From contig OZ024743.1 of assembly GCA_964016885.1 (NCBI GenBank), forward strand, positions 370,078,001-370,142,000: 64,000 bases of DNA. Reading direction: 5' to 3'. The position numbers were made by a program, and so were the translations under genes. Below the pieces are notes generated by a model that saw only the letters and a list, made by a program, of their open reading frames with translations, had not been told where the DNA came from and made no database searches. Source of the stretch: Eledone cirrhosa. Taxonomy: Eukaryota. Positions 40,247 through 53,256 of this stretch are shown piece after piece. The stretch's first letter is position 1, and each line of letters begins with the position of its first letter.

Positions 40247-42687
40247 AGAGCAGATGAAAGAAGATGAAAGAAATAGGATGCGATACACAAAGGACACACG
40301 GAAACCAGGAAGGATATGAAAGCCGCTGAGATTGAGATGACCTGCGACGCAGACAACATCAGTGAAGAAGATGAAAAAGAAAATCAAACACTGGAATACA
40401 GCAAAAGTAAACTAAAGAATCACCAGGCAGACCCCAATAAAAATAAAAATGAAAAGTAAGCAAAGAAGACTAAAACTAAGGAAAACAGAGACCATGGGGA
40501 AAAGAAAGCCCAAGTACCTTGTAAGTTATACCTGATGACATGGAGAAGCTGGGACAAGCTTCAGTTATGAACACTCTAGATTCTATGCAAGCTCCGCCCA
40601 AACTGTTCATGCCATATGTGTCACATATTGACCAACAGATGCCAACAAACATAAGGACAAGTTTGAAGATAGCCTCAGAAGCATTAAAGAAGTGCTGATA
40701 AATTTAGATCAGGGTTTCAAAATCATACTACTGGGAGATTTTAACCACCCAAATGCCAAATGGCCCGAAGGCCAGCCCCTCTCAGGAATGACGGCACCTG
40801 AACAAAGGCAGATAAAATCCATGTTGAACCTTACTGACTCTTCATGGAACAAAGGTTAATTTATCCAACAAGAGATGAGAATACATTGGATCTCTGCTTC
40901 ACAAATAACATGGAGCTCCTCCACAATGTGAAAGTGAAACCAATGATTTTATCGGACCATAACATAGTAGAACTGGGAATGTAGATATACAGCCCACAGG
41001 AAGCACTTGGTCTCTATCTAGCTTAAACTTCCACAAAGCTAACTGGAAAAGGATTCAGGAAGAGCTCCTGAACCAAAATTGGACTGACAGTCTCTCTATG
41101 GAAGATGTCAACATACAACTTGAGCAACTCATGGAAATAATACAGGCCATATGCTCGAAGTTTCAAACTGAGAATGAATTCAAACTATCTCATGAAAAGG
41201 AGGGAGCAGGAAGAAAAGTCAGGCTAGAGAAAACATAAAGACGAACCCTAAGGCCTTCTTTAAATTTGTAAAAGAGTCTGCCTCGGTACACTTCGGGATA
41301 GGGCCACTTTTCCATAAAATTGTCTCATTGACCGCAGATTCCCAAGAGAAAAGTGAGGTACTGAATTAACAATACAAAAGTGTTTTCACACCTCTAATGA
41401 GTCCCATGCGAATAGATAAGCCAAATGAGTTCTTCAACCCACCTGGATTACACAAAGAAATGGAAACAATCAACCACATAGATATAAAGGTGAAAGGTGT
41501 AATATCAGCCACAGACGAAATGAGATCAAATTCAACAGCTAGCACTGATGGTTTCCCAGCCAAAAGACATGCAAGAAAACATTAGCAAAACCACTGCAGA
41601 TCCTCTTTCAAAGACCACTTGCAAGTGGCAAACTACCAGGAAAATAAAAAGCATAATATGTCATAATCATAAAGGAAGCAGAGTAGATGCTAAAAACTAC
41701 AGACCTAGCTCCCTGCCCTCACATATCAGAAAAATCATAGAACGAATCATCAGATGGAATCTGATGACTTTTCTAAAGGAAAATGGTCTTCTAACTGACA
41801 CCCAGCATGGATTTTGCCCAGATAGAAATTGTCTTACGCAGCTCTTACAGCATTATGACTGGATACTCAAACAACTGCCAGACCGTTTGAAAGTAGATGT
41901 GATATATCTCATCTTTACGAAGGCCTTCGACAAGGTTGATTATGGAATAATATGTCACAAACTATGTAGCTTTGGCATAGTTGGAAAACTAAGGGAATGG
42001 CTTCATGACTTCTTAAAAGACAGAAGCCAGACTGTTGTAGTCAACGAGACCTTCTCAAAAGAAAACTCAATAACAAGCTACGTGCCCCAGTGAACCGTCT
42101 TAGGGCCACTACTGTTTGTGGTGGTTCTCTCAGACATGCCCTCTGCCATACGGACAGCCTCCCTCACAAGCTATGCTGATGACATGAAAGTAACACAGGC
42201 AATCATGAAACCAGCTGATGCTCCTCTTTTATATAACAAGATTTAGATGCCATATTCGGATGGTCTGAAAACTACAATATGCAATTTAATGCAGGTAAAT
42301 TTCAAGCCTCCCGCTATCAGCTCACAAATTAGGATCATCACAATAAAGATGTATTGGACAAGGAGGAATCGAAATCCCCAAGACAAAATCAATACAGGAT
42401 CTGGGTATTGTCATAAGAAATGATGCATCGTTTCATGCACACATCATTAAAATGACGGCAATGTGCTGACGAATGGCAGGTCGGATTCTGAGGCCATTCC
42501 GGACAAGAGACCCAGAAACCATGTTGGTACTCTGGAGGAATTTCGTCCTCAGTAGACAGGACTATTGCTCTCATCTGTGGTCACATCCCAGTGTCAAACA
42601 AACTGCACAATTTGAAGCAATCCAAGGAAGATACACCAAGAGGGTTACCTCAATGAAAGAGATGAGCAACTGAGAAAGGCTAAAAAG
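40247..42687 (+). mobile_element. Duplicate of the CR1/L2-group LINE remnant
   Basis: Same motifs and same disablements as 31990-34430. Confidence 0.85.
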
Positions 42688-43380
42688 GATTTCTTCTGCC
42701 TTTCTCTTAAGTCTGTTTAGAAGAACTTTTAGTAGTACGTTGCTAGTATGACTAATTAGCTAGTATGACTAATTGCTCACTAGTTCTTAGTTTTCACCAA
42801 GAGAGAAACTTAATATGTTAGATTACATCAACAAAATATTTCGGTCTAATATACGTGACGTTTTAACATCCTGTTCTAACTGACAAGAAACATCTAAATA
42901 TACACCTGTATTTTGATAGTTGAAAATTTCATGCACTAGTTATTTCAGGTTGTTACATTGATACTACAATTGGCACATTCATAGGTTAAACCGACAGAGG
43001 TCCATTCCATATAAAATGTCTATGATGTGAGGACCGGGAAAACCCAAAATAGGGTATAGTACAAGATGTATGATGATGTGTAGAAGGAGTATAGTGAAGA
43101 AGTAGCATCCCAACAGTAAACTCAACTTTTTCAACACGATTTCCACAAGTATTTCCAAATAAATACAGGTTGAGACAGTTGTGTCACTGTCGGGAGTCTA
43201 CCACTTTACTATATATATATATATGTATATATATATATTATAAAATAACAGGTGACATCATCAAAATATAACAAAGGAATATAACAGATAAAATCCATGG
43301 GGGCTGAAAATTAGAGACAAGAGGACGAGCGACTATTTAGCAGCTTCTACCTCAGTCGGCCGCCCTTTGTTATATTTTGA

Positions 43381-43438
43381 ATACCTGATGATGTCACCGG
43401 ATTCATACTGAACCCGGTCATTGAAATGATCATAGTAT
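43381..43438 (+). ncRNA. Type I hammerhead ribozyme, duplicate copy
   Basis: Identical to 35124-35181. CTGATGA at 43385-43391, GAAA at 43423-43426. Confidence 0.75.
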
Positions 43439-43606
43439 AATAAACCTTTCAAGGATTTACACCAGTCCAGCCTCCTGTTATTTTATAATAATTAACTCCG
43501 TACTCGCACCACCAACTACACAAACAAAGACGGGTGAGTTGAATTACGTTGAGTGCTCTCCTTAATATTACATCTAGATTGACCATACGAAATGACCAGT
43601 TCTATC

Positions 43607-44892
43607 TCTATAAAAGAAAAAAGAAAAAAAGAAAAAAAGATCGTAATGTGGAGCATAATAAGTCAATGTGAAAGAAAAAATAATGTTTTTTACAGGAATA
43701 GTTCTTGAAGATAAGCAGATCAAAATGTGTTCATATAGCAAGAGTGCTTAGTTGATCCATGATGGAGGCAAATGGTGGACTGTGGCTTGATATGATTTCC
43801 CTTTTTAGAGAGTTAATATACAGGGGGAGGTAATTCATGCTGGATGATATTTAATTTATTTAAGAAAAAGGATTAGGTAGCGTGTAAGGGAGGTAATTCT
43901 TTGGAGAGACATAGGTATTTGTAAATGTTTGATTGTTCGTTCCAGTTTTAGTTTAGTCCGAAGTTTAGTGCATTAAGTAGAGGTTGGAATTTGTTAATGA
44001 AATACGTTTCCTTATTGGTACGATGGATGAAAGTAGCGTTGTCTATGAATTTGTAAATGGGGAAAATTTTAAAGTTTGGATGTTGGTTGGGTGCACAATT
44101 GGCGATATGTTCACTAAACGTAATCTTTCTGTATTCCTGTATTTTGATTTGTGATTTATGGACAGTCATACGTTCTCGGGGGCTGTTTTTTGTCTGTCCT
44201 ATGTAGTGCTCTTGACAACCTGAGCAAGTCATGTGCATCTGAAAACATAGATTAGGTTTTCAGATGCACATGTAAAGTTGTGTTTAACTGTGAAATATTG
44301 TCCTTGTTTAAAATTGAATGTTGAACCTTCTATTAGATTTATGCATATGCCACAGTTGGGCCTTCCGCATTTTGTTACTGTAGGGTTCATTATGAGGGTT
44401 TGTTGGATTTTGGCTTGTGTGAGGATGTTTTTTATGGATTTAGGTTGTCTTTGCCCTTTATGATGTTGTGTGTTTGGAGGATTTTGTTCATTCTTGGGTC
44501 TCTTTTTAGTAAAGGAATGTTCTGGAGGATGGTATCGAATGCCTCATTGTTGAGGGGGTTGTGTGTGGAGATGTATGGTAGAGTTTTCTGTTGCCGTTCT
44601 TTCCTGGGTTTGGGGTGTCTGAGTTCCTGGATGTCGAGTTTTAGGGCACGTTGGAATCCATTGTTGATTAGGGATGGTGGGTAATTTCTGCTGATAAGTG
44701 TGTTTTTTCATTCTTCTAGTCGTGTGTAGCATGTGTATTTATCTGAAACTATTCTGCAGATCCTTCTGGCTAGGTTATAAGGAATTGCCATTTTGGTATG
44801 TCGAGGGTGGCACGAGTTGAATGGAAGGTATTGTTTGGAGTCTGTAGGTTTGTAGTATATGTCTGTTTCTATTTTGTTGTATTTTGTTTTAG
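43607..44892 (-). mobile_element. Penelope-like element fragment (RT thumb, Zn linker, GIY-YIG, 3' UTR)
   Basis: IETDIYYKPTDSKQYLPFNSCHPRHTKMAIPYNLARRICRIVSD; NFTCASENLIY...MTCSGCQEHYIGQT...RERMTVH...KETYFINKFQPLLN. Confidence 0.88.
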
Positions 44893-45104
44893 ACAATTAT
44901 TAAATATATAAATAAATAAATGCCATTGTTAATTAATAAATAAATCAACTAATACCTTAACACTTCACACAAAGTAAAATATTTCGTTTTAATCATTTTC
45001 TAACTCAGAAAAAAGAGAGAAATAAATAAAAAGGAAAAAAAAAATTTTCTTCCTAATAATCGTCTTTTTCTCCCTGTTTTCACACACACACACACACACA
45101 GACA

Positions 45105-45479
<375 letters not shown>

Positions 45480-45679
45480 TTTAAGTATCGAGAGAGAGAA
45501 AAAAGGAAAGATAGGTGATACATATATTTAGATGACAATAGTTTGTGCTCAATACTAGTGCCTATAGGGTTAAATATTAGAAGTGTTAATATTTAGTGGG
45601 TGAGAAGAAATAAGCAGAGCGATTATAAAAGAAATGAATACAAGGAGTTTAAAACCGTTAAAACATGTTTATATAACAG

Positions 45680-45721
45680 TGCACCTACGTACGTTTCGCC
45701 CGGAATGGGTTATCAAGGGCA
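45680..45721 (-). ncRNA. Degenerate hammerhead motif
   Basis: Minus strand: TGCCC-TTGATAA-cccattccgggc-GAAA-CGTACG-TA-GGTGCA. Palindromic helix III with GUA site, but two core substitutions. Confidence 0.45.
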
Positions 45722-46196
45722 TGGAAAACAAAAAAATGATCAATACACGACCGAGGAGGGGTTTCACGGTTAAATTAACATCAGAGTTCATTCTTCGCCT
45801 ACGTGCATGTGCTGTTATTATCGCAGAGCTTCTGCCATAATAACAGCACTTTCTAATCTATTAATTTTATCTTTTATCTGTTATTTATTATTATATTCTT
45901 TCCTATTAAACCAATACATATGTATATATTTAATATTTATTTTCATATTAATGGTATTTATACCCTCATCACATCTTTAGACTAAACTCACCACTATAAC
46001 TTTAACCACCACCACTAATATTATCAACAATCTTATTATGTTCATATTTTTTAACGTATATATTTTTTACTTATTTTTTTATCATTATTCTAACTTCTTT
46101 ATTATTTTTTTTCTTTATCTTATTTTCTTTCATTATTATTGATGTTGTTATTTGAATTCTCCGTTGTATAAATACAAACACCGTGTGTAAATTTTT

Positions 46197-46310
46197 CAGT
46201 TATTCCGATGATTTGATTAGGCATACACTGTATTTAAGGTCGAGTGACACAATTTTGAGTGATTAGCGACCTTTAGAGATACCCAATCAATGAAACAATT
46301 GTTAATACTG
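46197..46310 (+). ncRNA. Type I hammerhead with long helix II (U4C core variant)
   Basis: CAGTTATT-CCGATGA-t-TTGATT...AAGGTCG...CGACCTT...AATCAA-t-GAAA-CAATTG-TT-AATACTG. Confidence 0.6.
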
Positions 46311-46639
46311 TAAATAAAACCATGTTTGTACTGTTGACCATGTTATTCTTCACTCTTTCACTATTATTACTCCAAGAATGACCTGCATAGGAATTCCCGC
46401 GAACTCGCTACCTAAGGAAACCTCTTGTTGAGTCAAACAACGCTGTACGTTAAAACTATTCACAATACAGAGTACTCACAACCTCTAACTGGATTACCTA
46501 TAACGATAATTTGTTATCCCATATATATATATATAGGTATATATATATGTGTGTGTATGAGAGTGCATGCGTGATTTTTTTATTTTTGTGTGTGTAGATA
46601 GTAACGAGAATACATACTTTTGCCGTTTAAAATAATGGA

Positions 46640-47050
46640 CCAGCACTCTTTCATGATATGAAAGAGTACTGGTGTAATGTTCCAGTCAAAACCCCAATAA
46701 AATGCAAGCATAACAGACCAGACATAATGATATGGGACAGGGAAAAGAAGGCATGCACAGTAGTGGAAGTTAGCTGCACAGCAGATGCCAATATATTAAA
46801 GATTAACAAAAAGGGGAATATATATGCAGAACTAAAGAAAAATCTGCAAATAATCCGACCTAACTATAACATCAGATTTATACCTGTGACTATTTGGGCA
46901 CTGGGATATGTTAGTAACTGCCTTAGTACAAATCTTTAGAAGTTGGGCTTCCCAGAAACAGAAAAACACGAGTAGTTAGGAAATTACAAATACAATCCAT
47001 TAATGGAACAGTAAACATATTTAAAACATTCCAAAAATTCTGTATTTGAT
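46640..47050 (+). mobile_element. R4/Dong/NeSL-like restriction-like endonuclease 3' fragment
   Basis: KHNRPDIMIWDREKKACTVVEVSC...FIPVTIWALG, a PD-(D/E)xK RLE motif. Confidence 0.82.
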
Positions 47051-47214
47051 GATCGCATGTACACATGCACAGATACAAAGCATGCACGTGCATACATATA
47101 ATTCAAAACATACATATCCACACATACAATAACATGCATGCAGACATGCATACATATCTACCTATTTGATGTTGTTTAAATTCAAATGAGAGAGTCTTGT
47201 ATCGATGTTACAAA

Positions 47215-48660
47215 CCGACAGGCTTGCTCAATAGAAGGACTCCTACGGCTGGAGGTTCGTAGATGTTGTGGGATGGATATGATGTGACACTCAAATGCTG
47301 TCTGGACTGATGTCAGGCTTCTGCCTCCGTGCTTACGTTTCCAGTAGAGGCGGTCTATGTCAAAGTTGATGTGGAAGTTTCCAGTGTTGTTTAAGATTTT
47401 TCGGGTTTTAACATTAATTGTTCGGATTTCGTCTATCGTCCAATTGAGTATTCCAAATGTTGGTGTTATGACAGGCACAGCAAACACATTGTGAGCCACT
47501 GTTTTATTGTGCGCAGAGAGTTCCGATAACCATATGTTTCTTAATCGGGTGTAATATTCCCTGGTTACACGTTCCTTATTACAAATACCATTATAGGATA
47601 TATTTTCATCTTTCCTCAGATATCTGTGTCTGTAGCAGTCCTTCTCAGATATTGGTGAAGCAGTTAGGCTATTGATGAAAATGTTGTTAGATTGGGATGT
47701 AGTTCTTCCCCACGTTACAATCATATATGAATATTTATCTTGGCCAAACTCCATTCCTATATCTTTTGAGAACGTTGCAGCCAGGTCAAGATTTTTCTTC
47801 ATCCCATTTATGTTCTTAGCATAGAGCTTTAGGTCATCCACAAAGAAATTATGGGTTAAGTTCGTATTTCTGTTCTGCTGTGAGCCAATGATGTATCATT
47901 GAGCAGAAAGGACAAGGGGTTTAATGACAGGATAAATAGTAGCACAGAGGGACTGCCTCGTTGAAATATGCCCATCTAAGTGCGGGGAACAATCAAACGC
48001 TTTTATGTAGTCCAGCCAAACTGTAACCATATTCCTCCCAAGTTGTTGCATATCTGACATCACCGTTTTGTTAATTAGGAGTTGTTCAGCACACACCCAA
48101 ACACCTTTCTTTCCAGCTGCTTGTTCATCCGTGATGATGTTATTACTGTCATAGTTATGTTGGAGAAATAGATTCTGTCAAGGTGTATACATTTTATACA
48201 TCAGGTTCTGGCATGAAATGGGTCGGTAGTCTTTTGTCAAGTGGGTGTCTTTGTTCTTGGGGACCAGTATTGTTTGTGCTAATGTCAAACATTCTGGTAT
48301 ATGTGCATCTCCCTTGAGAGCTTGTTGGTAGAGATTGATAAGATACATCCGATAAAACATCAGTTTTTTGTACCAGTAGCCGACAATCAAGGTTTTTCCT
48401 GGTGTTTTCTTATCTTGGAGATTTCCTATCTATCACAGTATCAAGAGTATCATCATTTATTTTGTATGATTTTGTTGTAGTGAAGGGGCAATAGTTCTTT
48501 TGGATTTCTTTCAGCCACACTGCATCTTGGTTGAAATTCTTCTTTCCCCCATATCTTCTCCAGAAGGAATCTATGTCTTTCTGGGATGGGGCCTCAGTGA
48601 CATTTATTACTTTACCCTTAATAGACTGATGTTTGGTTTCGTCTGAATCTTTCATTAATT
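47215..48660 (-). mobile_element. R4/Dong-like RT fragment, decayed
   Basis: DYRPISCQNLMYK, WLDYIKAFD, FFVDDLKLYAK, DIGMEFGQDK, DIDRLYWKRKHGGRSL. Confidence 0.85.
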
Positions 48661-48954
48661 ACTTTTCTTTCATTCACTTCTGCTATTGAAGTTTCTCGCT
48701 AACAGCTCTCAATTCTTGTATGCATATATATGCGCGCACGCGCGCGCGCGTATGTGTATGTTTGTGTGTGTGTGTGCGTGCGTGTGTTCCAGCTACACGC
48801 TGTTATAACATCGGGAGTTTATACCTATATTTTTGGTTTTATTCTGGCGATTTCGTCTACATGTTTCATTCCATTGTTTGGATAAGAAAACTGCCAATAC
48901 ACCCGAAAAATATTTCTGTCACAAATACAACGGGTAAAGTACTTTTTCTCGATT

Positions 48955-51790
48955 TTGACTTTATCTGAAAAACGTTTGGCAAGAGAAAATCAATTAACAA
49001 AAGTACCATCAAACTGTGTTGGCTTCACCATTAGAACATCCCTGCTTGATCGTATGGAATGTCCTACTGGTGTAACCGATCTTATGAAGCTTCGTATTCC
49101 TCCGAGACAGGTAACACTCTTATCTATTTATACGCCAACCCTACAGGCCAGTTAGGTGGTACTTGATTCTTTCTATGAGTCTCTTCGTGCTGTCATTGCC
49201 TGCACACATGTTGACGATGAGTTATTACTTCTCAGTGATTTTAATCCTCGTGTGGGTAGTGATCACGAGACGTGGGGATCACTCAGTCCATTTGGTATTG
49301 GTAAAATGAACATCAGCGGCCTTAGATTGCTTAAACTCTGCTCAGAACTCAAATTAACCATCTGCAACACTCTTTTTCATCAGAAGCTCAAATAAAAAGC
49401 TACCTGGTATCATCCAAGATCCAAGAATGGACACATGGTTGATTTCATCATCACTCGTAAACGAGATCTAAGTGACGTGTGTACAGTGAGTGTGTTGCAT
49501 AATGCAGAATGTAGCACTGACCTCAAATTATTGCGAGGAAAGTTCAAGATGACTATCCGCAAAAGAATTCGTATGAGTGGAATGGAAGCACTGAAACGCA
49601 GCATTGATGTCACCAAACAGAAGCAAGTAAATCTATGTGCAACCTTAACTGAAATACTTGATGGTCTTGATTTTGATGGTACCTGGGAAAACTTTAAAAA
49701 TCAGGTTTACTCAGTTGGAGCTGAGGAACTTGGTTTCAGAATCAAGAAACACCAGGATTGGTTTGATGATAACAATCCTAATATCAATCAGCTACTGAAG
49801 ACCAAGCACACTCTCTATGAAAAGCTCCTGAATCAGAATCCTGTAGTGCAACCAGGTAAGTCTACAAAGATCACACGGCAACACTTCAAAGCGAACTACG
49901 CAGGTTGAAAAATGAGTGGTGGAATAACTTCGCTTCGGAAATCCAAAAGGCTTTTAACACCAAAGATTCAAAGCCATTTTACTCATTGATACGCCAAGTC
50001 TTCAGCCCACCAACATCCTCCGTAACTCTTCTGAGATCTAAAGACGATGCCAATATAATCAAAGAGCCATAAAAAAATCCTTTAGCGTTAGGAGGAGCAT
50101 TTGATTTACCTGTTTGACAACCCATCATCAGTTTTGGAGTGATAGGGGGCCTTCCTCAATGTGAAACAGTATGGATCGACTTCCCTCTGATGATGAAATA
50201 AATCTGGCAGTCAAACAGGTTAACTCTGGCAAGGCACCAGGTCTAGATGGTATCCCAGTCGAACTGCTGAAAGTCGGTAGTGATAATGTAATGGAAGCGA
50301 TAAACAAATTCATCACTGATTGCTGGAATGGGACTACAGTTCCGCAGGACTGGATCAACGGTATTATGTTATCGTTATGGTGGATTGGCAGTATCGGTAG
50401 AGGGTCGGACGCCATGCTTTGACGCATAGAGTTACGGCCCTTATCATTCTGAGTTCAAATCCCGCCGAGGTTAACTTTGCCTTTCATCCTTACGGGGTTG
50501 ATAAAATAAAGTACCAGTAATGTACTGGGAATTTTCTGGCCTTGTGCCAAAAGTAGAAACAATTATGTTATCATTGAGCAGAAAGGCAAAGGTGAAACAT
50601 GGATATGTGGCAACTACTGTGGAATCACCTTAATAGGAAGCTGTTGGCAAGGTTTTCGCAAGACTTTTGTTCAACAGACTGGCGGAGGATATCTGTCCTA
50701 CAGCTATCCCAGAATCTCAGAGTGGTTTTAGAGAAGGAAGGATAACAGTTGACATGATTTTCTCTGTAAGACAAATACAAGAAAAATGCACTGAGCAGTG
50801 TGTCCCTCCAGATCAAGTCTTTATCGACCTAACGAAGGCTTTTGACATAGTTAACAAAGATGCACTCCGGATAATACTTGGAAAAGTAGGATGTAAACCC
50901 AAGTTTGTATGTATGCTAAAGCAGCTACACAGAAATATGAATGTCCAAATTACCTTCAATGGTCAACTATCTGGGGAAATCCCAGTCGACAACGGAGTAA
51001 AGCAAGGTGATATTCCTGCTTCTACGCTTTTTGCATCTTCTTTGCTGCCTTGCTCACACATGCTTTCCATGATTGTGACAGAGGCATTCTCTTAACGTTC
51101 AGAACTACTGGAAATGTAAAAGGTTTAATGCCAAAACAAAACCTTGTTAAGCTTTAATCAGATACCATCTTTACGCCGATAACACTGACTTCCTAACACA
51201 TTCAGAAGATGACATGCAACACACTATGGACCGTTTCCCCACCTTGTGTACAGCATTTGGGTTTACAATCAGCCTTAAAAAGACTAAAGTAATGTGTAAC
51301 CCTTTTCCTGGATCACCATATACTGAATCCAATATCATGGTTGATGGAACCAGGTTGGGAATAATAGATAAATTTGTCTACTTGGGTAGCACATTATCAA
51401 ATGATGGCTCCTTGGATGCTGAAATACATCTGAGCATCCAGAAGGCTTATGTTGCTTCTTAAATGCTGGTTATGTTAATCACCTGAAGTCACATGAAAGA
51501 ATAACCACCCACTACTCCACTCAAAAAAGACCTGGCGAAATGACGTTAGTGATATGCAACAAAGTGTGTAGAACTAGTTCCGGACTTAAAAAACACATAG
51601 TGGTGTATAAAGATTGTATCCCACAGGGTGCCCTCCCACCTCCTCGGCTTTCTTCTGTCATCTGTGTCGGAAACCATGCAGATCTACAGCTGGTCTACAA
51701 AGTCATCTACGAAGTCACAGACGTAGATGGGATGACAATGAAGAATCAATAAGAGACGATAATCGTCTGTGAAGACGCTGCAATCCTCAT
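48955..51790 (+). mobile_element. Decayed RTE (BovB-like) LINE: APE, RT, C-terminal C2H2-like motifs
   Basis: SIYTPT, LSDFNPRVG, TWYHPRSKNGHMVDFIITRKRD, GKAPGLDGIP, PESQSGFR, FIDLTKAFD, GVKQGD, FVYLGS, CRKPCRSTAGLQSHLRSH. Confidence 0.88.
50377..50561 (+). mobile_element. Full-length tRNA-derived SINE nested in the RTE
   Basis: A box TGGCAGTATCGG, B box GAGTTCAAATCCC, central CTTTGCCTTTCATCCTTACGGGGTTGATAAA. TSD ATTATGTTATC at 50363-50373 and 50562-50572. Confidence 0.9.
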
Positions 51791-51912
51791 GTATGTATGT
51801 TTGTATGTATGTATGTATGTATGTATGTATGTATGTATGTATGTATGTATGCATGTATGTATGTATGTATGTATTATGTATGTATGTATGCATGAATGCA
51901 TGTATGTATGCA
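51790..51912. repeat. (TGTA)n microsatellite at the RTE 3' end
   Basis: Direct reading. Confidence 0.92.
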
Positions 51913-51913
51913 T

Positions 51914-52030
51914 GTCGGATATAATAGTTTGCAATAATTGTTCTGGCTCTTTGCGCTCTGAGTTGAAATTCCGTTGAGATCAACTTTGCTTTTCATCTTT
52001 GGGATAAATATAGTACCAGGCCATGTGCTC
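51914..52030 (+). mobile_element. Diverged SINE copy
   Basis: TCTGAGTTGAAATTCCGTTGAGATCAACTTTGCTTTTCATCTTTGGGATAAATATAGTACCAG aligns by eye to the SINE core. Confidence 0.65.
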
Positions 52031-52480
52031 GGATCGATTCTCCCTCCTCCTCTCTCACTCCCTCTAAAAGAAATCGGTCTTGATCTGACCTGAAGAATTT
52101 TGAGGTTCGCTAGTTTTAAAATGTTCTCTTCTTTCTGGAAATGCTCTCAGGGCTGTTCTGCCAAAACATAGATATATTTGATAAATTGCTAAATGCCATC
52201 ATTTCCATTCATGTTTGATTGAGAGCCTTTGTTTTATCAGATGTTCAAATTTAAGAATCTGTTGACGTTTCCAACGGCAGAAAACAACGTTGTTCATGGC
52301 CCCAATTCTTTTTGCGCTTTTCTTTTCAGTCATGCCGCACCATGCATATGGAGGCCTCGATTCAGATGTACAATTCCAATTACGCACCTTACACTAATCC
52401 ACATCACCCATAGACATACTATGAACGTGTCTGTTCTCGATATCCAACTACGCTCTCACACACATTCACTTCTTTTCAAC

Positions 52481-52490
52481 CACACACACA

Positions 52491-52583
<93 letters not shown>
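52481..52583. repeat. (CA)n microsatellite
   Basis: Direct reading. Confidence 0.95.
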
Positions 52584-52586
<3 letters not shown>

Positions 52587-52705
52587 TGCACATCTGCACA
52601 CTTCACTCTACCCGCCTCCGGATTCGACACGTTCTCATCCCATCTTTATTTGTTAACTTCCTTCCTTACAAACCTTCTTTACTCCCATTCGGAGTTCCTC
52701 CCAAC

Positions 52706-52741
52706 TTTCCTGGTGAAGAACTTAAGTCCGAAACGTGGAAA
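52706..52741 (+). ncRNA. Degenerate hammerhead-like motif after a CA-rich tract
   Basis: TTTC-CTGGTGA-agaacttaagtcc-GAAA-CG-TG-GAAA. Core has A6G and a G at the cleavage position, so it is probably inactive. Confidence 0.35.
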
Positions 52742-52824
52742 CCTCCACCACTTCCACCAAGCGTGAACCCAATACAACTGTGTACAATTGACTCCTGCGT
52801 TTTGTTTGTTCTTTTCAACTATAT

Positions 52825-53256
52825 CTAGGGCAGGTAAAATTCCCGAGATCCATGGACGAGTTCTCTCCAGCGATCTCTGTCCTTCATCATCGTCGCCATG
52901 CCCAGCGTCTCCAAGAGACCTGTACCTGTCCTTAGGGCATCAACGTATGTCAACCTCGGTCTCCCTCTTCTAGTGTGTCCATGTAGGGTCTCCCACAGGA
53001 GCACTGAGTGCAGTGTCAACTCTGAATGTTGGTGAGAATGTACAGCTAACCTCAGTATCCTCTGTGTTACTTTCGAGCTGACTTTTGGGGGGCTCCCGAA
53101 CAGCTCTGGGTTCTTCATCCTCAGTGTATACTGATTAATGTCCAGAGCCATCCTCAACATTCACGTGTAGCACCCATCCACCATCTGAGTGAGTTTCTTG
53201 TTCAGTGTCCAAGTGTCAGACCCGTACAGTAGCACAGACTCCACTGTAGCAACGAA
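52825..53256 (-). mobile_element. RTE LINE 3' segment
   Basis: FVATVESVLLYGSDTWTL...MLRMALDI...RRGRPRLTYVD...DRDRWR. Confidence 0.85.

Larger units (their letters stand above)
38695..43606 (+). repeat. 4.9-kb direct segmental duplication, copy 2
   Basis: Begins with three satellite units. About ten substitutions and no indels versus copy 1 by eye. Confidence 0.96.

Noticed and set aside
50380-50470. Functional tRNA gene
   Set aside because: A and B boxes are present, but there is no clean cloverleaf. The sequence continues into a SINE body and is flanked by a TSD.
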